Source: Candidatus Babeliales bacterium
GTDB taxonomy: Bacteria; Babelota; Babeliae; Babelales; Vermiphilaceae
Reading direction: 5' to 3'
Length of the DNA stretch: 64,000 bases
Assembly (NCBI GenBank): GCA_963743635.1
Contig: CAVUQO010000003.1
Span: 160,001 to 224,000, forward strand
A program made the position numbers and the translations under genes. This document shows, one piece after another, positions 11,360-20,530 of this stretch. Each line of letters opens with the position of its first letter. The stretch's first letter is position 1. Under the pieces are notes generated by a model. It was given only the letters and a program-made list of their open reading frames with translations, made no database searches and was not told where the DNA came from.

Positions 11360-12340
11360 ATGGTTATAAAAAATACGCTCCTCAGAATGATGACTGCCCT
11401 CTCAATGCTTACACCAATGATGTACGCCAATCCTCTTGATCCGCTCAACTCATTGGTTGCATCACCCGCTCTGAATGATACCATTGTGGTGCAAGGCCCG
11501 TTGGTCATTGGTATCGTAAATGATATTTATGGCAAGGCGGTAAAAAACAAAAGAGTTGTTGTATACCTTAATAAGCGCAAGGTTGGCGTAGTTTACACCA
11601 ACAAATATGGCGTGTGGTCTTATATACTTAATAGCGGACAATCTTTACAAGACGGCACGTATATTGTGCAAGCATATGTTCAGCTTGCTGCGGGCAATAA
11701 TGTGTGGACGCAAGCAACCTTATTTAACGTGCAGGCATCACGCACTCCAACTCCAGTGAGATTGGGTGTTGTCAATGCTGCTAATTCTGCAATTAATTTC
11801 CCATACGAAGGCGCGTATATCAATACCTCAACACCAACTATTGTGGGCAGCTTAGTTGATTCTAACTACAATGCAGTTGTTGGCGAAACGGTGAATATTA
11901 GTATCAATAGCGTGAATATTGCGACTGTTACTTCTGATAGCAATGGCGTATTCTCCTATCAAGTGAGCGCTACCTTAGATGATGGTAATTACACCGTTGG
12001 TGCACATTGCGTGCAATCTGACGTCAATTTAACCACCAATGATTTTGTTATCCTCACCGTGCCGCCTGCTGCTCCCGTGGTTACATTCCCGAGCGAATAT
12101 TATGTGGTGGATAATAGTACGGTGATTGTAACTGGTACTACTGAATCATATGCAACGATCACCACGTTTATGGATGGTGATACATTCGGCGTAGTATGTT
12201 ATGCGGATCAATATGGCAACTGGTCTAATGAATATGATGGCCTTGCAAATGGTTCACATTCAGTGACGGCACAAGCATCTGATCTGGCAGGCAATACCGG
12301 CCCGGTATCAGGAGCAACGGATTTTAGCGTGAGTGCATAA
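11360..12340 (+). CDS. Exported Ig-like domain protein (3 domains)
   Basis: Start reassigned to ATG 11360 after AAGGA; full-length paralog of 10033-10998. Confidence 0.85.
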   Translation: MVIKNTLLRMMTALSMLTPMMYANPLDPLNSLVASPALNDTIVVQGPLVIGIVNDIYGKAVKNKRVVVYLNKRKVGVVYTNKYGVWSYILNSGQSLQDGTYIVQAYVQLAAGNNVWTQATLFNVQASRTPTPVRLGVVNAANSAINFPYEGAYINTSTPTIVGSLVDSNYNAVVGETVNISINSVNIATVTSDSNGVFSYQVSATLDDGNYTVGAHCVQSDVNLTTNDFVILTVPPAAPVVTFPSEYYVVDNSTVIVTGTTESYATITTFMDGDTFGVVCYADQYGNWSNEYDGLANGSHSVTAQASDLAGNTGPVSGATDFSVSA

Positions 12341-12353
12341 TTCTCTAGATAAT

Positions 12354-12394
12354 AAAAAGGCGGGAGCGAAGTGTAATACTTCGCTTCCGCTTAT
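12354..12394. terminator. Hairpin between convergent genes, probably bidirectional terminator
   Basis: AAGGCGGGAGCGAAGT-gtaat-ACTTCGCTTCCGCTT. Confidence 0.75.
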
Positions 12395-12412
12395 CTTATT
12401 AATGTAGGCGGG

Positions 12413-13297
12413 TTATTGTAACGCTGTTGCAGTGAAATGTACGGTCTGAGTGCCACTACTAAATGCAATGCTGACCGCAGTAGGAGTTACTGATGCAATA
12501 GTCACCGTAGATGATCCTGATGATCGTTGCCCTGTAGCAATCACCGATGGAGATACTGAGAAGCTCGGAATAAAGTTGATAATCATTGTTGAACCAGAAA
12601 CTATATACGTATATCCCGATCCGCTGCCTGATCCTGAAGTTGGTATATATCCATCAATGACGCGAATTTGAGATTTTCCGGTAGGCAGTATAAGCGGTAA
12701 GTTAGCGTTGATATCAATGATAGCACTTGAAGGATAACCTGTTTCTTGTAGTACAGCTTCTAAAGTATGGATGCCATTCGCATTAATAGGGCATAGGATT
12801 TGCCAATTGCCGCTTGCATCACTTGTGGCAGTTCCTACGACTGCATCATCAAGTAATAATTCTACGGTGGTTGAAGGCGCGGTAGATACACCGGTGACCA
12901 TGATGAGGTTGGTCATTATATCATCACCATCTGCAGGATCCGTTATCGCTATGGTATCTGTATTTTGCACGGTGAAAGAGACCGTAGTTGTCGCAAGAGT
13001 GCGATAATCAGTATCAATGAGATTTGCGGTCAGCGTGTAATCTCCATTCATGAGTGCTGCTATGGTAAAACTCCAATTGCCATAACTATCAGTGGTAACA
13101 CTTCCTATATAGGTATCATTGATAGTTAATTGAACTTGAGCATCATCTACGGATGATACGCCGTTTATGGCAAGAGGGTCGCCACTTACCTTAGCCGTAT
13201 TTGCGGGATTATTAATGGCAATGACGTTGATAGCGCTGAGCGTGACTGTGCTAAAAAATGTGCATGCCATGGTTAAAAGGAGTATCGTTTTTTTCAT
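12413..13297 (-). CDS. Exported protein with two Ig-like domains and a small C-terminal beta domain (phage-tail/lectin-like)
   Basis: MKKTILLL signal peptide; GNW Ig motifs; INFIPSFSVSPSVIAT pattern. Confidence 0.75.
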   Translation of the reverse strand: MKKTILLLTMACTFFSTVTLSAINVIAINNPANTAKVSGDPLAINGVSSVDDAQVQLTINDTYIGSVTTDSYGNWSFTIAALMNGDYTLTANLIDTDYRTLATTTVSFTVQNTDTIAITDPADGDDIMTNLIMVTGVSTAPSTTVELLLDDAVVGTATSDASGNWQILCPINANGIHTLEAVLQETGYPSSAIIDINANLPLILPTGKSQIRVIDGYIPTSGSGSGSGYTYIVSGSTMIINFIPSFSVSPSVIATGQRSSGSSTVTIASVTPTAVSIAFSSGTQTVHFTATALQ

Positions 13298-13333
13298 AGT
13301 TAAATTCCTCATTCTATTTTCGTTAACGGTTAT

Positions 13334-15514
13334 TTAATATACTTCTGCAGTTACTGCAATGTCAGATGCCCCGACTGTGCCGGTAACTATTTGTAATGTC
13401 AGAGTATTGCCGGCAACACAAGAGACGCTTACATTAGAAGCAGTCGAATTAGCACTGTTATTGCCACTTGCTAGGGAGACGGTCAATCCTGTAGCTATGC
13501 CATTTTTCAGCAAGGTAAAGGTAGTTCCGGCAGCGCCTGCGGCTGTTGCTGACTGTGCATACATATTTTTAATGATACATGGCTGTGTCGCAACATAAGG
13601 GATAGAAGTTACGAGCGTTGCTTGTGTTGCTGCAGTACCAGGAGTCATGTAGGCAGTTCCAACTGCTGGTGTGGTATTAGTTGCCCATGTGATGGTCGAT
13701 GCAGGCCCAGTAGAGGTAAATCCGAATGAGTTTGCATTGGAATTTACGAGATTCGAATTTGATACTATTAGAGTACCAGCCGATTGGGCAATATCTGCCG
13801 TGGGGTTTCCGCTTACTGTTGAAGAACTTATGATGCATGATGCGCCTGCAAGATTGGTTTGCACACCGATGGCACTACCGCCGCCAGAATTTGTTACCGT
13901 AATACTGCTGGTGCGTATATTGAAGGTATTCACGGCAGTATCAACAATAACGCCTCGGGCAACTTGTGTGCCTGAAGTGCTCACGGTTACCGTTGAATCT
14001 TGTAGCGCAAATAAATTGGTTCCAGCGTTACCAGTACCAATGGAATGAATGCCATACGTATTGCCTCCGGCATTTCCCGTATTGGTAACGTTGAGGTTAA
14101 CCATGCTCACAGTAGAAGTTTGAGATGTAGTGTCAAGAAATACGATCCCTCGCAGTTGCACGTTTGATCCCGCATTGGATGTAAGATTTAGGGTGACATT
14201 TGAGAGGCGTGAACTTTCGCCCATAGTTACTAAATCTGTATTGGCGGTTACATTGGTTTGTTGGATTCGAACACCGCTTGAGTTATAACCACCCGAAGTG
14301 ATTCCAGCTACGCTCACCGCATTTTTGATAACAACGGCTTCATTGTACGTTCCCGGGAATATCCATATCGTGGTTCCCGAAACTGCAACAGCCATAGCCG
14401 CAGCAATAGTGGCAAAAGGAGCGCCATTAAGAGCGCCGGTAGCATCGTTGCCATATACTGCATCAACGCGCGCTATGTTGCCAAAAACCGGTACTGATTG
14501 GAGGTTAAGTGTTCCAGCTCCTGGCGTAAAAATAATAGAATTATTCGTTGATGTCAGCGCATTAAATACAGGTGGATTGCCGGTGGAGCCTATCAGTACT
14601 TGACCATTGGTACCAGGAGCTGAAGCTAGAATGCCTGTGCTGGTAGAAGTGAGTGCGCCTGCGGTGAACGGAAATTTGATAGCGCCTGCACTAACCGTAA
14701 GCCCATTGCCTGCAGTTATGGATCCATCTACGGCGAGTGAACCAGGAATTACTACATTGTTATCTAAATTTATAGTGACGGTTTGCCCTGAGCCACTGGT
14801 ATTAATATTTGATCCGCCAACAATATCAAGCACTCCTGCAACAGGAATTGCAGTTCCCGCATCGGTCACAAAGCTTTGGTTGCTGCCAGCACTTCCTGAT
14901 TGGCCATTGATTGTGCCCGCTACGGTTAAATTGCCACAAATCGTTGCATTGCACGATACGTTGAGAGAGCCAGTGGTTAAATTATCAATAACCCATAGAT
15001 TACAGAATTTTTTACAACGTCGGCCACGAACTTGGGTTGTTTGCTCTTCTTCTAATTCTTTTAATTCTCCCAAGGTAATATGCGCATTGCCATTTTGAAG
15101 AATGCCTAGATAGTGCTCAATAATGTGTAATGAGTTATCTTCTGGATGATTTTTCTTAACATCGGCAGCAGTAAGAAGGTTAAGTAACTGCAGGCTAATG
15201 TTTTCTACTGCTTTTGTTGGTGCAACGTGCACATTCTCATCGAGAAAGAGTGATAGATCTATGAGTTCAGCGAGGTCAGTATAGTTGATTTTTAGTAATT
15301 TAACGGTTGTTTTTAGAGCCGCGGGGATGTATACAAAATCAGTTTCGGGATTTTGTGTAAGAAGTTTAGTATCTTGCTCGGATAGAAAAGTTTCAACGGC
15401 AGGCAACTCCTCGATGCCGATTTCATTGATATGCTCCTCCGATTGATTTGCATATGATGGTAGGTATATGATAATTCCCATACATAATAACATCAATAAT
15501 AAAGTTTTTTTCAT
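13334..15514 (-). CDS. Exported fibre/adhesin paralog: pro-domain, RGRRCKKFCNL motif, one fibre repeat, beta-helix-like head
   Basis: AGGAG RBS; FVYIP..LK...IDLSLF pro-domain; FVTDAGTAIP repeat; VDAVYGNDATG; ends AEVY like VEMY of the 4277 gene. Confidence 0.85.
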   Translation of the reverse strand: MKKTLLLMLLCMGIIIYLPSYANQSEEHINEIGIEELPAVETFLSEQDTKLLTQNPETDFVYIPAALKTTVKLLKINYTDLAELIDLSLFLDENVHVAPTKAVENISLQLLNLLTAADVKKNHPEDNSLHIIEHYLGILQNGNAHITLGELKELEEEQTTQVRGRRCKKFCNLWVIDNLTTGSLNVSCNATICGNLTVAGTINGQSGSAGSNQSFVTDAGTAIPVAGVLDIVGGSNINTSGSGQTVTINLDNNVVIPGSLAVDGSITAGNGLTVSAGAIKFPFTAGALTSTSTGILASAPGTNGQVLIGSTGNPPVFNALTSTNNSIIFTPGAGTLNLQSVPVFGNIARVDAVYGNDATGALNGAPFATIAAAMAVAVSGTTIWIFPGTYNEAVVIKNAVSVAGITSGGYNSSGVRIQQTNVTANTDLVTMGESSRLSNVTLNLTSNAGSNVQLRGIVFLDTTSQTSTVSMVNLNVTNTGNAGGNTYGIHSIGTGNAGTNLFALQDSTVTVSTSGTQVARGVIVDTAVNTFNIRTSSITVTNSGGGSAIGVQTNLAGASCIISSSTVSGNPTADIAQSAGTLIVSNSNLVNSNANSFGFTSTGPASTITWATNTTPAVGTAYMTPGTAATQATLVTSIPYVATQPCIIKNMYAQSATAAGAAGTTFTLLKNGIATGLTVSLASGNNSANSTASNVSVSCVAGNTLTLQIVTGTVGASDIAVTAEVY

Positions 15515-15759
15515 ACACCACTCCTTTTTTTTTAATATTTTTTTTCAATATAACAATTACCTGATCTCATTCCTAGAAAAATCATCGATGACCTGATTGT
15601 ATTAATAAAGACGATGTTATTGCAATAGGTGACACAGCAAAAGGGGCGTTTGTGCCCGTGCTAATTCTTTCTCTTTTTTAAAATCACTCAATGCATTATG
15701 CAGCAGTAGCGAGTGCATGCATAAGATGTTAAACAAGAACATATTTTTTTTGATGTCAC

Positions 15760-17349
15760 TTATAATGCCCCATAGAGTTCAAACGTTCCGCCAGTGATAT
15801 TTCCCGAGCTGAAGAATAATTGAAAGGCGTTGCATCCGGCGGTGGCGACATAGCCTCCAACGAATACTGATGACACCCCAGGATTAGTTATACGTAAATA
15901 GGTAGATCTCCCATAAAAGGCTGGATAAATAGTTTGAGAGGCGCCTATATTGCTCAATAGCATTTCGCCGCTACAGGCATAATGAGCCACGTTAAGAACC
16001 GAATAGGCAAGCAATAAAGAACTTCCATTACTGGTACCGATACTTGCAACGTCACTATAAGAGTCTGAAGTTGCAAAAAGAGAAACCCCATAATATCCCG
16101 TAGACACCCACGAGGTTCCGTTATTCGTTGAGCATTGTAATTGAATGCTTGCCCCAGATGTGGGAGGAAGCATGTTGTACCATTTGATTTGAAAGCTCGT
16201 ATAACCTGTCGGTAGATTGATAAAGGTAACTGCTGAAACGTTACTCACCGTTTGCGTTGATAGTAATCGATATGGATTTGAATTATCGGCATATGCTGTG
16301 GTGGCCAATTTTGTAGAATCATCATTAGCGCTTTGAGTGCTAGCCGTTGCAGTTCCGGTAATTGCTATGCCGTTTGTGCTGCCGGTAAGTACTATATTGC
16401 CAGTTCCTGCTTGTATGGTTGTGAGGCTTGAAGTATTCGTGGAGCCGAGCGTGGCTGTTTTTGCGCCGTTGCCAGTAGTAATGGAAATGGTAGAGGAGGA
16501 AGCATCAGTAGAAACGTTTAAAGCATTAGTGCCTGAGTTGAGCGTGATAGTTCCGCCAGAGATAGAAGAATTTCCGGTAGCATTAATGCCGCCAGTAGTT
16601 GCAATGAGTCCGGTGCCAGCTGTTACTGATCCAGAAACTGAGGGACTATTATTCAGATTTACTGTTACGGTTGACCCTGACCCACTGGTATTTACGTTGG
16701 ACCCCCCATGTATAGTTAATGCACCACTCGATGGTGTTGCAGTTCCAGAATCGGTTGGAAATGAGGTTGAGACAGAGCCACTCAGTCCGATAGTGATGGT
16801 TGAATCTGCGCCGGTGGTAGTGATATTTGATCCGCCAACGATATTAATATTCGCGGCAGTAGGAAATGCCGATCCGCTATTGGTGTTGAATAAAAATACC
16901 GTTCTTTTGCCGTCATGAATATCATCCTCATCAATGCATACCTGTATCGCTCCTGATTCAACGGCACGCGCATACTGCTCTAAATCGGCGAACATTTTAG
17001 GGGCGGGGCATTTTGCATTGGCAAGAGCGGTAAGAAGTTGTTCTATAGATGATAGTACATATTCTTGCGGGACAATATGAGTATCTTGATCAATGAATAA
17101 TGATAGATCGATAAAAGTATTAATTTCTGGGTGCAGCGCATTTAACATTCTGATGGTTGCTTTGATATCTTCAGAAAGGTACGTAAAATCTACCGTGGGA
17201 TTATTGATTACTCGGTCATAATCCTGTGCGGATATCACATAGCATGGCGCGTGAGTATCTATCATCGTTGGAGATACATCCTGATGAGCAGCTAAGGGAG
17301 AAGCTCCAAGGCAGGCATTCAATATTATGAAAATGAGCAATAATATCAT
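15760..17349 (-). CDS. Exported fibre paralog with phage tail-fibre-like C-terminal head
   Basis: Start reassigned to ATG 17349 (AGGAAG RBS); TQSANDDSTKLATTAY; ends GNITGGTFELYGAL. Confidence 0.85.
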   Translation of the reverse strand: MILLLIFIILNACLGASPLAAHQDVSPTMIDTHAPCYVISAQDYDRVINNPTVDFTYLSEDIKATIRMLNALHPEINTFIDLSLFIDQDTHIVPQEYVLSSIEQLLTALANAKCPAPKMFADLEQYARAVESGAIQVCIDEDDIHDGKRTVFLFNTNSGSAFPTAANINIVGGSNITTTGADSTITIGLSGSVSTSFPTDSGTATPSSGALTIHGGSNVNTSGSGSTVTVNLNNSPSVSGSVTAGTGLIATTGGINATGNSSISGGTITLNSGTNALNVSTDASSSTISITTGNGAKTATLGSTNTSSLTTIQAGTGNIVLTGSTNGIAITGTATASTQSANDDSTKLATTAYADNSNPYRLLSTQTVSNVSAVTFINLPTGYTSFQIKWYNMLPPTSGASIQLQCSTNNGTSWVSTGYYGVSLFATSDSYSDVASIGTSNGSSLLLAYSVLNVAHYACSGEMLLSNIGASQTIYPAFYGRSTYLRITNPGVSSVFVGGYVATAGCNAFQLFFSSGNITGGTFELYGAL

Positions 17350-17365
17350 TTGTTTCTTCCTATAA

Positions 17366-18595
17366 TTATAAAACCGCATAGAGCTCAAAGGTTCCGCTGG
17401 TGATATTTCCCGAACTAAAAAGTAACTGGAAGGCATTGCATCCAGTAGCGGCTACATAACCGCCAGTGAGTGCTACGCCAACTAATGGTGTGTTTGAGTC
17501 TAGATAGGTAACTATGCCATAAAAAGCTGGATAAATAGTTTGAGAGGTTCCTATATTGCTCAGTAGCAGTTCACCACAACAGGTATAACCTGCTACGGTG
17601 TTAATGATAGCTTGTGTAAGAGTTACGGAAGATGTATTAGAAGAGGCTATAGTGTTACCACTACCTGCTGAAGTATTGTAAAAAAAGGATCCATAATATC
17701 CGGTTGTTATCAACCCGCCACTATTAGATAATTGTATCTCAAGGGATGAGCCTGATGTGGCAGGAACTACGTTGTACCACCTGATTTTAAATTTCGAATA
17801 TCCTGAAGGTAGACTGTTAAAAGTAACTGCTGTGACGTTACTCACCGTTTGCGTTGATAGTAATCGATATGGATTGGAATTATCCGCATATGCGGTGGTA
17901 GCCAATTTTGTAGAATCATCATTAGCACTTTGGGTGGTAGCCGTTGCAGTTCCGTTGAATGCTATGCCGTTTGTGCTGCCGGTACATACGATGCTTGCAG
18001 TTCCTGCTTGTATGGTTGTGGAGCTTGAAGTATTGGTGGAACCGAGCGTAGTGGTTTTTGTAGCATTGCCGGTTGCGATATTAACGGTAGTAGTAGCACT
18101 ATCGGTAGAAACGTTTAAAGCATTTGAGCCGGGGTTAAGCGTGATAGTTCCGCCAGAGATAGAAGAATTTCCGGTAGCATTAATGCCGCCAGTAGTTGCA
18201 ATGAGTCCGGTGCCAGCCGTTACTGATCCAGAAACTGAGGGACTATTATTCAGATTTACCGTTACGGTTGACCCTGACCCGCTGGTATTTATGTTGGATC
18301 CCCCATGTATCGTTAATGCATTATTAGAAGGCGTTGCAGTTCCAGAATCAGTTGGGAATGAGGTTGAGATAAGGCCAGTAGCTGCAATAGTGATGGTTGA
18401 GTCTGCGCCCGTGGTAGTGACATTTGATCCGCCAGCGATATTAATATTCGCGGCAGCAGGAAATGCCGATCCGCTATTGGTATTGTAGAGTAAGATTGTT
18501 CTTTTGCATTCACTCAGATTATCCTGATCATTTGCAGCTAACGGAGCAGCGTTAAAACAGGCATTCAATATCATGAAAATGAGTAAGGATATCAT
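17366..18595 (-). CDS. Exported fibre paralog lacking the pro-domain
   Basis: Start reassigned to ATG 18595; signal peptide joins directly to DQDNLSECKR; same stalk/head as neighbours. Confidence 0.85.
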   Translation of the reverse strand: MISLLIFMILNACFNAAPLAANDQDNLSECKRTILLYNTNSGSAFPAAANINIAGGSNVTTTGADSTITIAATGLISTSFPTDSGTATPSNNALTIHGGSNINTSGSGSTVTVNLNNSPSVSGSVTAGTGLIATTGGINATGNSSISGGTITLNPGSNALNVSTDSATTTVNIATGNATKTTTLGSTNTSSSTTIQAGTASIVCTGSTNGIAFNGTATATTQSANDDSTKLATTAYADNSNPYRLLSTQTVSNVTAVTFNSLPSGYSKFKIRWYNVVPATSGSSLEIQLSNSGGLITTGYYGSFFYNTSAGSGNTIASSNTSSVTLTQAIINTVAGYTCCGELLLSNIGTSQTIYPAFYGIVTYLDSNTPLVGVALTGGYVAATGCNAFQLLFSSGNITSGTFELYAVL

Positions 18596-18611
18596 TTGTT
18601 TCTTCCTATAA

Positions 18612-20168
18612 TTACAATACCGCATAAAGCTCAAAGGTTCCGCTGGCAATATTTCCCGAACTAAAGAACAAATGGAAGGCATTGCATCCCGCAGTGTTTA
18701 CCGATCCGCCGGACATTGAATTCAATGTTTTAGTAGTAGTCGTATTATTATATAAAGAGGTAGATCTTCCGTAGCAATTAGGATAAATAGTTTGAGAAGC
18801 TCCTATATTGGTAAATAGTATTTCGCCGCTACTGGAATAATTAGTTAAGACAATAACGGCTTGTGATATTGCTAAGGAACTTGCGTTATTTGAGACGGTA
18901 GTGCTAAAAGTTCCTGCTGAATTACTAAAAAAGTCAATCCCATAATATCCTGATCCTATCCAAGAAGAACCATTGTTATTTGACCATTGTAATTGAATGT
19001 TTGACCCTGATGTGGCAGGAACCACATTGTACCATCTAACCAGAAATTTCGTGTATGCCGTCGGTAGATTGATAAAGGTAACTGCTGAAACGTTACTCAC
19101 CGTTTGCGTTGACAGTAAACGATATGGATTTGAGTTATCGATGTATGCGGTAGTAGCCAATTTCGTAGAATCATCATTAGCGCTTTGCGTGGTAGCTGTT
19201 GCAGTTCCGGTAATTGCTATGCCGTTTGTGCTGCCGGTAAGTACTATATTGCCAGTTCCTGCTTGTATGCTTGTGATGCTTGAAGTATTGGTGGAGCCGA
19301 ACGTAGTTGTTTTTGCAGCATTGCCAGTTGCTATGCTAACCGTGGTATTAGCACTATCGGTAGAAACGTTTAAAGCATTAGTGCCGGAATTGAGTGTGAT
19401 AGTTCCCCCAGAGATAGAAGAATTTCCGGTAGCATTAATGCCGCCAGTAGTAGCAATGAGCCCCGTTCCTGCCGTGAAGGATCCAGAGACGGATGGGCTA
19501 TTATTTAGATTTACCGTTACGATTGCTCCGGTACCGCTGGTATTCATGTTGGATCCGCCATGAATGGTCAATGCATCATTCGATGGAGTTGCAGTTCCAG
19601 AATCAGTTGAAAATGAGGTTGAGACAGAGCCGCTCATTCCGATAGTGATGGTTGATCCTGCGCCGGTGGCAGTGATATTTGATCCGCCAACGATATTAAT
19701 ATTCGCGGCAGCAGAAAATGCCGATCCATTATTGGTGTTATAGAGAAAGATTGTTCTTTTGCCGTCACTCAGATTGTCTTGATCGATATGGACTTGTACC
19801 GTTTGCGCTTGAAGTTCCTGCGCATATTGTTTTAAATCAGTAAGCAGTTTAGTTGCAGGATATTCTGCATTGGCAAGCGTTGCCAGCAGTTGTTCTAAAA
19901 ATGTTAGCAAGGTATCTCGCGGGGTAATATGCGTATCTTGATCAATCAACCATGTTAGATCGATAAGAGAATCGATTTCTGGGTATTGGGCTTTAAACAT
20001 TCTGAGTGCTGTTTTGATATCTTCCGGAATGTACGCAAAATCTACTGCAGGATTATTAATAACAAGATCATAATCCTGCCCAGAAATCATGGCATGAAGG
20101 TTTTGCTGATGCATCGAAAGTAAGAAAATAAATGCGATTAACGCTATTTTTTTCACGGCAATCTTCAT
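18612..20168 (-). CDS. Exported fibre paralog with phage tail-fibre-like head
   Basis: Signal peptide, FAYIPEDIK pro-domain, DGKR-TIFLYNTN, ends GNIASGTFELYAVL. Confidence 0.85.
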   Translation of the reverse strand: MKIAVKKIALIAFIFLLSMHQQNLHAMISGQDYDLVINNPAVDFAYIPEDIKTALRMFKAQYPEIDSLIDLTWLIDQDTHITPRDTLLTFLEQLLATLANAEYPATKLLTDLKQYAQELQAQTVQVHIDQDNLSDGKRTIFLYNTNNGSAFSAAANINIVGGSNITATGAGSTITIGMSGSVSTSFSTDSGTATPSNDALTIHGGSNMNTSGTGAIVTVNLNNSPSVSGSFTAGTGLIATTGGINATGNSSISGGTITLNSGTNALNVSTDSANTTVSIATGNAAKTTTFGSTNTSSITSIQAGTGNIVLTGSTNGIAITGTATATTQSANDDSTKLATTAYIDNSNPYRLLSTQTVSNVSAVTFINLPTAYTKFLVRWYNVVPATSGSNIQLQWSNNNGSSWIGSGYYGIDFFSNSAGTFSTTVSNNASSLAISQAVIVLTNYSSSGEILFTNIGASQTIYPNCYGRSTSLYNNTTTTKTLNSMSGGSVNTAGCNAFHLFFSSGNIASGTFELYAVL

Positions 20169-20316
20169 TTCATAGACGCCTTTCTTGAATCGCTGTTAGG
20201 ATAAATTTTGTTTACTAACCTAATTATAGATACAGTTTTCTGCTAAAGTCTATGGGCGAGAATAAATTTAATCTCTTAGGGGTTTAATTCGGAGAGCCGA
20301 TCGCTCTGCCTGCCCC

Positions 20317-20400
20317 TCGTGGTTCGACCCTTCGCTTTTCGCTCAGGACTACCATGAACGGGGTCCCGCTCGTCCTGAGCCTGACGAAGGGGTCGAAGGG
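20317..20400. repeat. Nested REP-like doublet
   Basis: GGTTCGAC[CCTTCG..CTCAGG]ACTACCATGAACGG..CCGCTCGTCCTGAGCCTGACGAAGGGGTCGAAGGG; close to 45064-45153. Confidence 0.85.
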
Positions 20401-20530
20401 TAGCGTAGTAGGGAACGATAGTGAAGAGTAGGAGCGAGTTTTTTTGAGATACTCAAAGGATTATTGTTATTTTTTGGAATGTTTTATAGCGTAGTAATAG
20501 TAGGATTTGCAAGAGACGTAAAGGTATGTA

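Noticed and set aside
17350..18682. ORF-track starts at 17436 and 18682 overlapping upstream genes
   Set aside because: Better starts at 17349 and 18595 with RBS and immediate signal peptide
15760..20168. Prophage tail module or DGR target cassette
   Set aside because: Genes have signal peptides, no phage structural genes, reverse transcriptase or template repeat in the window; variation includes indels
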